This document shows positions 49,868-63,639 of a stretch of DNA of 64,000 nucleotides, one piece after another. The position numbers and the translations under genes are program-made. This stretch comes from Mobula hypostoma. Taxonomy: Eukaryota. The notes beneath the pieces are model-generated. The model searched no databases. It was given only the letters and a program-made list of their open reading frames with translations, and was not told the DNA's origin. The number at the start of each line of letters is the position of its first letter. The first letter of the stretch is position 1. The stretch covers positions 15,812,001 through 15,876,000 of the forward strand of contig NC_086118.1 in NCBI RefSeq assembly GCF_963921235.1. Direction: 5' to 3'.

Positions 49868-51242
49868 GTCCGAGAATGTACCCATTTAATGTGGTGGTGT
49901 TAAGAGTGAGCTGAAGAGTTGATATTGTCTGTGAATGCAATATAACTCATTATAGATTTGAGGTTTCATTTAAAGGTCGCATTTAAAGACTTTGTTTTAT
50001 TTCAAGTAAGTAATTAAGAGAAAATAGATCATGACAACCTAGGGATAAAATGTTTGAGTTTAGAAAGTCTTGCGAACTCTGTGATTGCAATGAACGCGAT
50101 ATATCGGTATATCGCTCACAAAAACATACAGTTCCCTTCAACAACTAGGCAAAAGTGGAGATGGACTATCTGCCAATCCAACATACGGCTTCTTTCGTCC
50201 CTTCTATAAACAACAAATCGACCTCTAAATACGCGGCTCTGCTCCTTGTGTCGAGTGTTTGATAAGCAGCCGAGCTGAAACTAAATCTCTCTGCCAAAGT
50301 AGATCTCACATTTCTTAAGAAGCGGGATCAGCCAGATCAAAGCCTTGAAGGTCTACCCTTGTCAATGTGAGCAAACAACTGGCACATTATGAAATTCGGA
50401 ATGTAAATCTAGGTGCCCGTTTTAAACTAAGCCTTGCTTTGGCGTCGCCGTTCTATTTACCTAAAATCTAATTATAGAAAAAAGTAAGTACATTACAGCT
50501 TTAAGTTCCTGCGTTAGTTGCTAGGCGTTTGCCGGCATGCCTCTTGCCTGGTTTCAGTCATTTAGGGAAGATGTTACAATTGCACAAAATGGAGGGGCAA
50601 TTATGTTAATTTCTTTCCTAATCAGTGATTCATCAGTGAGTCTGCAAAGGAACTTTTCATCCCTGTCTCTCAGGAAAATATTTTTTTTCAGGCCAGCCTT
50701 GCTTGAATATAATCTCCACAATAGTTAAAGGAAACCCCCGAGAGTCTAACTCATTGCAGAGTCCTAAAAGAATGCAGAGTAATCCTTAGACCAGAGTTAT
50801 CCATCCACAAAGCTGGAAGATAGGAGGAATCTATTCGTGAGCAAAACCTTCATTTTTATGCTTCTCAGGCCAGAGAATTTTCCAGTTTAGATGCCAATTG
50901 CTGCCAAACCTTAGTAGTTCCCCATAAAATCTCATCAAATTCAAAGATCTGTAATATTACCAGTCCATATTACAGTCAACAAGCTTTCCAAGAGATGTTG
51001 AAACAGGTGGAATTAAAAAAAAACAAATAGGCTCCACAGAAGAGAGGCAGTGGTCTTGGAAAGATAGATGGGAGAATATGATTGGTGGGACTGATCTGAG
51101 AGGAAGTATACACTCAACAGGTTGAATGGTCTGCTTGTTCTCTAACTTTTCTGTCTCTGGGTCCTACAATGTTCCACAAATTCTGATAGAAACTTTTGAA
51201 GCAGAACCTCATTTTATCTCTAGGCAGATTGCAATCTTTGAG

Positions 51243-52065
51243 CAACACACATCAAATTTGCTGGTGAACGCAGAAGGCCAGGCAGCATCTCTAGGAAGAG
51301 GTACAGTCGACATTTCAGGCCGAGACCCTTCATCAGGACTAATTGAAAGAAGAGCTAGTAAGAGATTTGAAAGAGGGAGGGGGAGGGGGAGATCCAAAAT
51401 GATAGGAGAAGACAGGAGGGGGAGGGATGGAGCCAAGAGCTGGACAGGTGATTGGCAAAAGGGATATGAGAGGATCATGGGACAGGAGGCCTAGGGAGAA
51501 GGAAAAGGGGGAGGGGGAAAACCCAGAGGATGGGCAGGGGGCATAGTCAGAGGGACAGAGGGAGAAAAAGGAGAGAGAGATAAAGAATGTGTGTATATAA
51601 GTAAATAACAGATGGGGTACGAGGAAGAGATGGGGCATTAGCAGAAGTTAGAGAAGTCAATGTTCATGCCATCGGGTTGGAGGCTACCCAGACGGAATAC
51701 AAGGTGTTGTTCCTCCAACCTGAGTGTGGCTTCATCTTTACAGTAGAGGAGGTCGTGGATAGACATGTCAGAATAGGAATGGGATGTGGAATTAAAATGT
51801 GTGGCCACTGGGAGATCCTGCTTTCTCTGGCGGACAGAGCATAGGTGTTCAGCAAAACGATCTCCCAGTCTGCGTCGGGTCTCGCCAATATATAGAAGGC
51901 CACATTGGGAGCTCCGGATGCAGTATATCACCCCAGCCGACTCACAGGTGATGTGTCGCCTCACCTGGAAGGACTGTCTGGGGCACTGAATGGTGGTAAG
52001 GGAGGAAGTGTAAGGGCATGTGTTCTGGGGCCCTGAATGGTGGTAAGGGAGGAAGTGTAAGCGAC
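51243..52065 (-). mobile_element. Penelope element 3' part (GIY-YIG endonuclease plus HHR), 14-bp TSD
   Basis: ORF VIYCIRSSQCGLLYIGETRRRLGDRFAEH; TSD TTGCAATCTTTGAG at 51229-51242 and 52066-52079. Confidence 0.92.
51304..51341 (-). ncRNA. Minimal type-I hammerhead ribozyme (near-intact)
   Basis: UAGUC-CUGAUGA-AGGG UCUCGG CCU-GAAAU-GUC^GACUG. Confidence 0.75.
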
Positions 52066-53825
52066 TTGCAATCTTTGAGACCCATTTTTTAATTTAACAA
52101 TCTCAGATAACCAGTCTTTCCTGTTAGCATCAGACTGGCCATTTCTGATATAAATTTCTGTTTGTTAACTCAGTGTTTCTGTCTCCACATATGCCATTTC
52201 CAGAACTCTCTTTTGTTCAGATTTCCCGGAACTGTTGTGCATATTACATTTCCAGTCTGTTATTTTATGCTGTTTTTGCTTTCTCTAGTTGCCATCATTG
52301 ATCTATTAACTAGATTGCTCTGAATGACTGTGTCATTTGGAGTACCTGGGTCTGCATCTTACCTTAGAAATTCCTTTTTCTAAAGATTATAACATGCTTA
52401 TATTCTCATACTCCCAGCTCTGATGAAGATTCATTGACCTGATAGCTCTGTTTCTGTCTTGAGCTGGTGAGTATTTCTTGCACTGTCTTGTTCTGTCAGA
52501 TTTCTGTAGTTTTGCATGATTTTCAAAACAGAATGTTGCCCCAAGTGTTAAGACATTATTTCCCTCCATTATATTGCTACATATCCAGTACCATCGCTAG
52601 TTCTTGTTTCTAGAACACCAATTTGCTATGTATGTTCACGCATTAAAATGGTACTCAATAAAATACATACCTAGAGTATTGCAATTTGATCTTCAAAAAT
52701 CAAGGGAAATGCCAAAACAATATTATGAAAAAGGGAATGTCACATATTCTTACTATGTATGTCAATTATTTTTCTATTATTTGTAATATGAACAAACATG
52801 CAGATATGAGTTAATCACTCAGCCCATCAAGAAAGTTCCTCCAGTCCATTTGATCATAGGTGATCTGTAACTCTTTTTCCAACTTTTGTTAATCAGTCAT
52901 ACTTGTTAACAATGGTGACAATGCTAAAATATTTATTGGATAATTCTATAAAGAAGGACACATCATTGAAAGTTCAGGTGAAGGACAAAGTGTAGAGATG
53001 CATAGCTTTAATGCAGGTATAGAGTTAGGGAAAGATTAAAGTGGGAAAAGAAATAAAACTACTAATATGATTTAGGATGACCAGCTGATTGACAGCAGAG
53101 ATGATGGTGCATGCCAATGGTAAATAGGGCAAGTAAAGAAACAAAAGTAGATTTGAAAGAAGATATAAATTTAAAAAATACAAGAAATTAAGCCCATTGT
53201 TATGATTTGTTCACCTTAATTTTGAGATCACCAAGCTATGAAGTAAATAGTTAGTACTTCAACATCCATTGGTCTTCATTGGAAATGAATAGGACAACAC
53301 AAGTGGTAGAAACAATTATGATAGAAATCCTTAACTTGGTTTAGTTAATTGGTATTGACATAATTGTTTTGTTTAAATAACAATAATGAAAATTTCTTAC
53401 CATGCTGATGATACTAACCTTTGGTAACACTGAATTAATGGCTGTAGAATTTTACAACTGAGAGAAATTATTCTGGTGAGCAAGAAAGTGCCAATGAAAC
53501 TAAACCCATGGTTTTGTGTCTTAAAAGAAGAAAACACACAAACAAAATACTGAAGAGCAGCAAAGATCACAGAAAGGAAGCAGTGAGAGAGGATCTCACC
53601 GAACTCCCGTTGAAGAGAAGGAACAGCTCTTTGAACTAAAGGAAAATCCCCAGGCATACAATCTCAGAGAGAAGGGATCAGCCTATCAGGGCAGAAATAA
53701 GAAGACTCTTCCTTACCCAATGTATTCTGAATACTTGGAATTCTCCACCCAAGAGGACTTTGAGAGTTCAGTCATTGAATACACTCAAGATAGAAACCAA
53801 TAGATTCTTAGATGTAAGGGATCTG

Positions 53826-54425
53826 AGGCCTCCGATGGTTAGAGTTGACTGTGTATATTGCATCTTAGCTGCCTACATGATACACAAGCCAGTATGCAAG
53901 CCAGGACAGTACGATATGGAGAGCAAGCTGCTGCCCATGCAACAGGATTCCCCTCTCCGTGCAGCTGATGAATTCAAAGGAACGGAAGAGGCTGATGCAG
54001 TCTGGAACCAGTGGTGTTGCAGGAGTTGCCAGTCATTGTTGAACTCAACGTAGGACTGCCTGAGGGATTCCAGCTCCAGATTTATCCTTGGGGTTTACTC
54101 ATGAAGCCATCCTCATGAATGTATATAGCTGCAAGGCAGCAGAGGTTTGAGATCAGAGTTTTCCTTCTCCTAGATGAGCTGCCAACCACGGCTGATGAGC
54201 CCCATCTGCCTGAAGTAACTGGTTTTAAGACATCAGTAACTTGCCTTTACCTCTTCTCCTGTCAGAAGAACTGATTCCACTAAGCTTAGTAACTATCCAC
54301 ACATCAAGTCCAGGAGATGGACTTGGTTGTCTGAGGCTATTTGAAACACACACTGTTGGGAGTATTTAATAGATGGTGGAGCTTATCCCCACTACATCCC
54401 CCAGCTATGACAATCTTAAGGAACC
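53826..54425 (-). mobile_element. RTE-related non-autonomous repeat (longer copy of 10990-11380)
   Basis: Reverse-complement similarity to 10990-11380. Confidence 0.6.
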
Positions 54426-54487
54426 TATTAAGGGATATGAAAATCATATAAAAAATTGAGGATAATGATCAGGCATGATCATATATG

Positions 54488-55656
54488 TGTCACAATGGGG
54501 GCGTTGATGCAGACCCAAATGCAAGACACAGACACTGAAGTACAAGGAACAGGGCTTGACTAGAGTAGGGATGTGACAGGATACAGACAAGGAGTAGGGA
54601 CAAGAACACAGACTTGGGCTAGGACATGGACTAGACACAGGGAACCTGGACTAGACACAGGGAACCTGGACAAGGAACTATGAACTAGGAGCTTGGGCTT
54701 GGACTCGGAGCCAGAGACTGGACAAGGACTCAGGACCTGAGTCTTGCCTCGGACTCGGACCCCGGAACTAGGCAAGGGCATGAGATGGCTACAGGACAGG
54801 ACGTGGCTGGGGTCTAGAGGCTTGAGGCTGGGGTCTTGGCTCTTGCGGCTTGAGGCTGGGGTGTTGGCTCTTGCGGCTTGAGGCTGGGGTGTTGGCTCTT
54901 GAGGCTTGAGGCTGATAATTCGGAGGCTGGAGCTCAGAGACAGACTAGGAACTGTACATCAACATAGAGCCGGGACTTATCCTTCAAAAAGCCAGGACTC
55001 ATCTTTAACACGACACCAGCATGAGACAGGACAGTACATAGACATAGAGCCGGGACTTATACTTAGACAAGCCGGTCCTCAACTTCTTCTCCACATCAAG
55101 GTGGGACAGGACCATCCGTCGGGTAATGGCAGAACGGCCAGACTTAGCCAACAGAGGCAAAGACAAGACAAGACAAGACAGTCCCCCCACAGGGCAACGG
55201 CAGGACAGCCTGATTTACCCCATGGAGGCAAGGACAAGAAGAGACCAACACCGAAGAACAACAGACAGTTCCATCTCTGCTTTGGGGTTGCTCCAAGTCG
55301 CAGTTATGGCCAGCTGGCTACGGAAACAGCCAGATCCCTACCTAGCTCAGAGTGGCAGATGGCCACTCAGCTGGTCCAGGAAACGCCCGAATCCATACTG
55401 CAAAGACAGCTCTGACTACTAAAAGCAAGGATTCATGAGGGGATGGTTCCCCAATGCAGCCTAAAGATGGCAAGTGGCCACTCTAGCCTTCCACCAACAG
55501 GTTGCTCGCAGGGGATCTTGACAAGACAAACCAGCCGCTCACACTCCACTTATATTCCAGGCCCCAAGATGGGAATCACGTGCCTATGATTAACTCAACC
55601 AAAACAAGGGACAGCTGGACGACTGGAATGCAGACTTCATGGACCAGACCATGACA
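54488..55656 (-). mobile_element. Solo LTR (Gypsy-like), 5-bp TSD ATATG
   Basis: TGTCA...TGACA termini; ATATG on both sides; internal tandem repeats. Confidence 0.85.
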
Positions 55657-55689
55657 ATATGGCAGTAGTATAGGCATGAGTATACCCAT

Positions 55690-57400
55690 AAAAAAAGACA
55701 GAACGTATGGTGATATCCAACAAGAAGGAGAATCCTATCTGCAGGCTGAGAATAAATGGGGAAGAAATAAAACAAGTAAAGAGCTTTTGCTTCTTAGGAA
55801 GTTGGGTGACATCAGATGGCAGGTGCGACTTGGATATCAAAAGATGACTAGGGATGGCAAAAGACTGTCATGGTCCAGCCCATGAACTCCATATTCTGGT
55901 TCACAGTCCGGCCCATCGACCCTTGCTCCAGGTTTTCCTATCTATCCTGTTTCTGTCTTGTTGAGCTTTAATTGAGTCAGCTAATGCTCGTTGGAGCTGG
56001 CTGCATAAATACCTCCAGAGACCAGGGAGTGGCTGCTGGATTGTTCTTGTCCTTACTCCTTGTATCCCTTCTCCTGTCTTCTGTTTCCTTGCCTGAAGCC
56101 CTGTCTTGTCTTGCCGGTAACTCTTGCCTCACCTGAAGTTCTCATCTTGCCTTGCTTTGCCAGTAGCCTTGCCTTGCCAGTAGCCTTGCCTTGTCTTGCT
56201 GTCTTGTCCTGGAGCTACCCCGTACCTAGCTCCTTTCCTGTCCCTTGCCTCCGCCCAGGTAAGCCAGGTCGTCTTGCCGTTATCTGGGGTTGGTTCTGTC
56301 CCTTCCTGTCCCTTGCCTCCGCCCAGGTAAGCCAGGCCGTCTTGCCATTACCTGGGGTTGTTTCTGTCCCTTCCTGTCCCTTGCCTCTGTCGGGTGGTGA
56401 TCCGCACCCTGCCCAGGAGGAACCAAGCCTCTCCTCAAGTCTCAAGTCTCCTGCCTCCAGCCTCCAGCCTCCAGCCTCCAGCCTCGCCTCGTCTCTTGCC
56501 TGGCCTCTAGACTGAAGACTCCAGCCTCCTGCCTAGCCTCCAGCCTCCAGCCTCTAGCCTCTTGCCAAGCCAAGTCTCTAGCCTCTAGCCTCTTGCCAAG
56601 CCAATCCAAGTCTCTAGCCTCTAGCCTCAAGCTTCAAGCCTGTAGATTTCTGCCTCGTCCTGCCTGCCTGCCAAGCCCTGTCCTTGCCTAGTTCTGGGGT
56701 CCGAGCCAGAGGCAAGACCCAGATGCTGGGTCCTTGTCCAGTCTCTGGCTCGGAATCCAAGCCCGGGCTCCTAGCTCTTTTGTCCAGTCCTGTTCCAGGT
56801 TCCTGGTTTTCCTGTCCATGTCCTTGCCATCGCCCTGTATCCTAGTCCTGTCCCTAGTACTTCAGTGTCTGTGTCTTGCACTTGAGTCCATTCCCAGCTG
56901 TGCCCTTATGACAAAGACACCTTTACGAGAATGAAGAGTATAGTGACCAATACTAAACTAGGCATGATAACCCGCCTCAGAGTACTGAAATGTTACACTT
57001 ATCCAGTTATGCTAATAACACGAGGAAACGAATTGTAGTAGCAGAGATGCGGTTTTTGAGGAGGATGCAAAGAATATCATGGATGAAACGAATATCTAAC
57101 GAGGATGTCATGAACAGAGCAAACACAAAAAGAGAAATAATGTATGAGATCATGAAAAGGCAACGTAACTTCATTGGACATGTGATTAGGAAAGAGGAGT
57201 TAGAATGCACGGTAATTATGGGAAAGATTGAAGGGAAGAAAGCAAGAGGAAGACAAAGACAAATGATGATGGAGACAGCAGCTAGAGAACCGGAAATGAA
57301 TACCAATGAAATGATCCACTTGACCCAAAACGGGAATGTGTGGGCCATGGCAGTCAAAGCTCAAACTGGGCACGGCACCGGATGATGATGATAATGATGA
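55690..57400 (+). mobile_element. RTE-clade LINE 3' fragment interrupted by the second LTR
   Basis: KTERMVIS..INGEEIKQVKSFCFLGS..GMAKD continues after the LTR as KDTFTRMK..., AEMRFLRRMQRISW and GKIEGKKARGR; (GAT)n tail. Confidence 0.85.
55866..56913 (+). mobile_element. Solo LTR of a related family, inverted, 5-bp TSD AAGAC
   Basis: TGTCA...TGACA termini; AAGAC on both sides; (CCTCCAG/CCTCTAG)n internal repeats; TATA-like CATAAATA ~56004. Confidence 0.85.
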
Positions 57401-57829
57401 TAGGCATAAGAGAAAAATGATCTATTCCAGCTTCTGTTCATCTTGTTCTCATGTATTACAATGTGTATATTCATAATCGATATGCTTTTCAGTTTCACTG
57501 TCTCACATCTTATAGATTAGAATGTTTCCAATTTTGAATTTGAGTTGGTACTTAAATAACTACAATACAGTATTTAAGTTTAATTTTACAGTCCAAAATC
57601 TTTAAAAGAACTACCACAAATACATAAAACGTGCAGCTTATTTCTTATGAGATGGATGGTAATATATGCGTTATATGAATAAAGATTTGAAATGTTCCCT
57701 CAGAATCTTCATTGAATAATTAGCCTAGATTGAGAAAGACTGAGTGATTTTGATCACAATATCCCAACAACATTGCCAAACATTCCTATGGTATACAAAA
57801 TACCCAATGTATTAGAAGGACAGATTTAG

Positions 57830-59740
57830 AGTATTAAATCAGCACAGAAACAGACTCTTCAGCTCATCTAGTCCATGTGTATTGTTATCCTACATTGTCC
57901 TATCAACCTGCACCTGGACCATAAACCACACTACTCCTCCTGTCCATGTACCTATCTAAACTTCTCCTAAATGTTGAAAACGAACCTGCATCCACAACTT
58001 CCTCTGGCAGCTCGATCCACACTTAGGCCATAACAGGAGCAGAATTAGGCCATTCAGCCCATGGAGTCTGCGCCGCCATTCCATCATGGTTGATCCCAGA
58101 TCCCATTCAACCCCTTACACCTGTCTTCTCGCCATATCCTTTGATGCCCTGACCAATCAGAAACTATCAACTTCCACTTTAAATATACCCACAGACTTGG
58201 CCTCCACCACAGTCTGTGACAGAGCATTCCACAGATTCAGTACTCTCTGGCTAAAGAAATTCATCCTTTGTTCTAAGAGGTCACCCCTCAATTTTGAGGC
58301 TGTGCTCTCTAGTTCTGGATACACCACCAAAGGAAACATCCTCTCTACATCCACATCTCGTCCTTTCAACTTTCGGTAGATTTCAATGAGATCCCCTCCC
58401 CCCGCATTCTTCTAAATTCCAGTGAGTACAGGCCCAAAGCTGCCAAATGCTCCTGATAAATTAACCCCCTCATTTCCGGAAGCATCCTCGTGAACCTCCT
58501 CTGGACTCTCTCCAATGACAACACATCCTTTCAGAAATATGGGGCCCAAAACTGTTGACAATACTGCAAGTGTGGTCTGAATAGTTCCTTATAAAGTCTC
58601 AGCTTGTATCACCTAAGCAAAACTGTTGCCTTTCAGGTGTTTCTTAAATATTTCACCTTTCACTCTTAATCTATGACCTCTAGATCTAGTTTTACCCAGC
58701 CTCAGTGGAAAAAGTGTGTTTGCATTTACCCTATCTATACTCATACGTTTATATATCGCTATTAAATCTCCCTTTATTCTCTTAAACTCCAAGGAATTAA
58801 TAAATATTCTATTCAACCTTTTTCTATAACTCAGGAACTCAAGTCCTGGCAACATCATTGTAAATTTTCTCTGTACTCTTTCAATCTTATTGATATCTCT
58901 CCTGTAGGTATATGACCAGAACTACACACAATATTCCAAAACTGGTCTCACCAACATCTTATAAAACTTCAATACAGCATCCCAAATCCTGTACTCAAAC
59001 TTTCATTTATGAGAGCCACATGGCAAAAGCACTCCTTATGACCTTATCTATGTGTGACACACCTTTCAAGGAATTATGGATCTGCACTCATTAGTGCCCT
59101 ACTGTTCACTCTGTAAGTCCTATCCTGGATTGTCCTACCAAAGTGCAACACGTCAAGTTCTCCTTAAATATTTTACCTTTCACCCTGAACCTATGACCTC
59201 TAGTTCTAGACTCACCCAACCTCAGTAGAAAAACTTGCATTAAATTCCATCTGCCATTTTCCAGCCATGATCCCACTACAAGCTTTGATAGTCTTGCTTG
59301 CTGTCCACTATGCCCCCATCTTGGTATTATGTACATATCTCATGATCCAGTTTGCCATGATATCATTCAGTTCACCATATTATCATCCAGTTCATTGATA
59401 TAGATGACAAATAACAATGGACCCAGCAGGGATCCCTGTGAAACACCACTAGTCACAGGCCTCCAGTCAGAGAGCAACCATCTACTATTACGCTCTGGCT
59501 TCTCCCGCAAAGCCAATGTTGATTCAAATTTACTTCCTCTTCCTGAATACCAAGCAAAAGACCCCTCTTGACCAGCCTCCCATGCAGAACTTTGTCAAAG
59601 GCCTTGCTGAAGTTCATGTAGGCAACATCCATTGCCTTTTCTTCATCACCATTTATGGTAACCGCCTCGAAAATGCTCTAAGATTGGTTAGAGACAATGT
59701 AGCACACACAAAGCCATGTTGACTGTCCCTAATCAGGCCC
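57830..59740 (-). mobile_element. Cluster of nested CR1 3' fragments
   Basis: Repeated [36 protein letters not shown] and DFSKAFDK remnants. Confidence 0.75.
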
Positions 59741-59759
59741 AATCAATATAGATTTGCAA

Positions 59760-62720
59760 AAATATCTCCACCACAATCACCTTTAGCACAGGTACAGCAC
59801 AAGGCCTTGTGCTTAGCCCCCTGCTCTACTTGCTTTATATCTTTGATTGTTTGGCCAAGTACAGCTTTAATGGCACATTTAAGTTTGCTGATGACACATT
59901 GTTTTTGATGAATCAAGAGGAAGAATCTGGAGGTCTATTAGCCAGTTCTCATTAAGGGTTTGGAGTTAGAAAGGGTCAGTAACTTTAAATTCATTGACAT
60001 TTTCACATCAGAACATCTCAACTAGACCAGCACACAAGCAGCATCATGAAGAAGGCATGGCAGCACCTCTTCTTTCTTATAAGCTTGTGTAGATTTGCAT
60101 GTCATTTAAAACTTTGACAAACCTCTATAGATGCATAACGGAGAGTATACTGACTGGCTGCATTATAGCCTGGTATGGAAATACTCATACCTAGGAATAG
60201 AAAACTCAACAGAAAGTGATGGATGCAGTCCAGTCCATCACAGGTAAAATCCACATTTACAAGGGTCTATAGGAAAGCAGCATCCATCATGAAGCACACT
60301 CCCCACCACCCCCGTCCCATCCAGGCTATGCACTCTTCTCACTATTACTATTGGGCAAGAAGTACAGGAACTTTCGCAAAGTTATCACAAGGTTCTGCAA
60401 AGCTATAACCCTACAACCACCAGACGCCTGAATCAGAGTAGATAACTTAACTGACTACAAATTTGATCTGATTCCACAACCTATGGACTCACTTTCAAGG
60501 ACTCTGCAACTCCTGCTCTCAGTGTTATTCATTTACCTATCTATTATTTCCACAATTCATCTTCTTTTGGACATTGGTGGTTTGTCTTTCTTTGTTATAT
60601 GTAGGTTTCACAAAAATCTATTGTATTTCTTTATTTTTCTGTAAATGCCTGCAAGAAAATGAATCTCAAGATATATATAATTTTTGATAATACATTTACT
60701 TTGACTTTGATTGTCTATCCAAATACTTACATTTCCGGTCCTTCATAATACCTTCCATTAATTTACCAACTACTGACATCAGACTCACTGGCCCATAATA
60801 GTCTGCTTATTTCTTGGGCAATGGAACAATATGAGCTGTCCTCCAGTCCTCTGGCACTTCACCCATGACTAAGGACATTTTAAATATCTGCCAGGGCCCC
60901 TGCAGTTTCTGAATTAATCTTGATAGCACATCTTGTCAGGCCCTGGGGACTTTTTCACCCTAATTTGTCTCAAGACAGCATGTACTCCTCCTCCGTAATC
61001 TATAAATTGTCCATGACCTCACAACTGTTTTTGCTCAGTTATGTAGAATCTGTGTCAACGTCTTGAGAATCAGAATCCAAATCAGTTTTAGTATCACTGG
61101 AATATGTTGTGATATCTGTGTAGGTTGGTAATTACACCTCCTCCTCACTGACGATCAACACTGGCGCACCTCAAGGATGTGTGCTTAGCCCACTACTCTA
61201 CTCTCTCAATATCCATGACTTTGTTGCTAGGCAAAGCTCAAATGCCATCTATAAATCTTCTCAGATGGAGATGAGAGGGTGTACAGGAGCGAGATATACC
61301 AGCTAGTTGAGTGGTGTCATAGCACTCAACGTCATTAAGACCAGGGAGTTGATTGTGGACTTTAGAAAGGGTAGGATAAGGGAGCACAACCCACTCCTCA
61401 TAGAGGGATGAGAAGTGGAGAGAGTGAGCAGTTTCAAGTTTCTGGGTGTCAATATCTCTGAGGATGTAATCTGGTCCCAACAGCTATAAAGAAGGCAGCA
61501 ACTATATTTCATCAAGAGTTTGAGGAAATTTGGTTTGTTACCTGAAACACTCGAAACTTCTACAGAAGTACTGTGGAGAGCATTCTGCATTCTGACAGGC
61601 TGCGTCACCGTCTGGTATGGGGTGGGGTGGGGTGGGGTGGGGAGGGCGGCAAGCGCTACTGCACAGGAGTGAAAGAAGTTGCCGGAAGATGTAAAATGAG
61701 TCATCTCCACCTTGGGTAGTAGCCTCCATATATCCAAGATATCTTGTCATGCCTTCTTTGTAATCGCATCAATATTTTGGGCCCAGGATAGATCCGTGGA
61801 GATATTGACACACAGAAGCTTGAAACCGTGCGCCCTTTCCACTTGTGATCCCTCGATGATGTTTGGAGTGCATTCCCTCAACTTCTCCTTCCTGAAGACC
61901 TCAATTTTTCAACTTACTGACATTGAGTGCAAGGCTGTTGCTGCGATACCACTAACCAGCTGACCTATCTCACTCCTGAACGCCTCCACATCAGCATCTG
62001 AAATTAGGTTTTGGAGCTTGTTGCGTGCTACTGAGGGTATGAAGGTGTTGAATGTTGAGCTGTAATCAATAAACAGCAGCTTGACGTAGTTATTACTATT
62101 GCACAGGTGATCCAAGGCCAAGTGGAGAGCCAGTGAAATTGCTCTGCTGTAGGTGGAGATGGGTAGGCAGATATTTAAAATGCCCTTAACCATGGGTGAG
62201 ATGCCAGATGACTGGAGGATAGCTAATATTATGGTGAAAGGCAAATTACAGCAGGCTGGGGTCCTTGCTTAGAAAGGAGTTGATCCTATCCATGAACAAA
62301 CTCTCCAAGCACTTCATCACAGTAGATCTGAGTGCCACTCAGCAATACTCATTGAGGCAGCTCGCCCTGCACTACTTGGCCACTAGTTCAATTTTCGCCC
62401 TTTCAAAACAAGTGTGAACCTCCGACGGCAGCAGTGAGAGATTGGAAATGTCCTTGTAAACACTCCCACCAGATGGTTGGCACAGGTTTTCAGAGCTCTA
62501 CCAGGTACACCATCGGGGCCTGATGCCTTGCAGGGACTCACCCTCTTGAAAGATGAACCGACGTCAGCCTTTGAGACAGAGATCACAAGGTCACCAGGTG
62601 CTGCAGTGATTCATATAGGTGGAGTTTTATTCTCCCTTTCAAAGCAGGTATAAAATATGTTGAGCTCATGCAGGAATGAAGCAGCACACTTTGCTTCACT
62701 TAGGAGAAAATAATAGCCTG
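59760..62720. mobile_element. Interleaved degraded Rex1/Babar (both strands) and CR1 fragments
   Basis: GAPQGCVLSPLLYS (61160s), LFIDYSSTFNT and KASGPDGVPGRALKTCA (minus strand), FKFLGVNIS. Confidence 0.7.
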
Positions 62721-63639
62721 CGGTCTCTGCCAGAGCTGATGAGCATATGATTCAGTTATACTCTGGGAACAGATGTACACCCAGCTGATCAGATTTTACA
62801 AGTGTGGGCATGGATTGATGGTGGCATAAGTGCATTGGCTCCTCTGGTTCCACAGGTGATATGATTAAATACAGATGCAAAACATCTGGTTAACATCTGC
62901 CCCATCTCTTTCAGCTTCATGCATAGATGACTATGCTGATCCTCAAGTGGTCCAATTTTGCTCCTTGTTCTCCATATATAGTACTGTACAAGATATATAT
63001 AGATACACACACACACATGCATACAAATGTTTGTACATACACACACATACACACACTGTAGCTAGGGTGGCTTTTGCACAGTGCTGTAGTAACTTCATGT
63101 ATTGTACTGTACTGCTGCCGCAAAAAAAAACAAATTTCATAACATATATGTGATGGTGAATCTGATATGGGTCTCTGTTGTGGACTGAAAATGAGAAGGG
63201 GACTGGGAGGGTGGGATCATGGGTTGGAAAAGGTGAAGTGTAAGGGGAGGGAGTGGAAAGCACAGGAGAGGTATTCTGGAATATCAATAAATTAATTGTT
63301 TGGAATCAAATGACTTTGCCTGGTGTCTCTGGGCTGGGTGCGCAGGCCCCCACCCTGGCACTCCTTCTCTGCCACACCCCTCCCACAGTGCTGCACGCTT
63401 GCCATTCCAAACATCCTTTGCTCCCACCAGATTTACAAACTCATTCTCCACTCCATGTTGACAAATATAATACCATGCCAAAGTCTCAGACACCCTAGCT
63501 ATATGCACCTAAAACTTTTGCACAGTACTGTATCTGTTGAATCCTTTGGGATTCTCCTTCTCCTTGTCCATCAGAGTAACCTGCTGTCTTCTTTCAGCTC
63601 TCTTGATTTCCATCTTACATTTTCTCTCGCTTTTCTTAT

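Noticed and set aside
52415..52460. Additional hammerhead (CTGATGAAG...)
   Set aside because: No GAAA or cleavage-site geometry remains; at most an ancient Penelope tail remnant.
54800..56640. CRISPR-like or coding repeat arrays
   Set aside because: Head-to-tail tandem repeats with no unique spacers, inside LTRs of a vertebrate genome; the ORFs are low-complexity artefacts.
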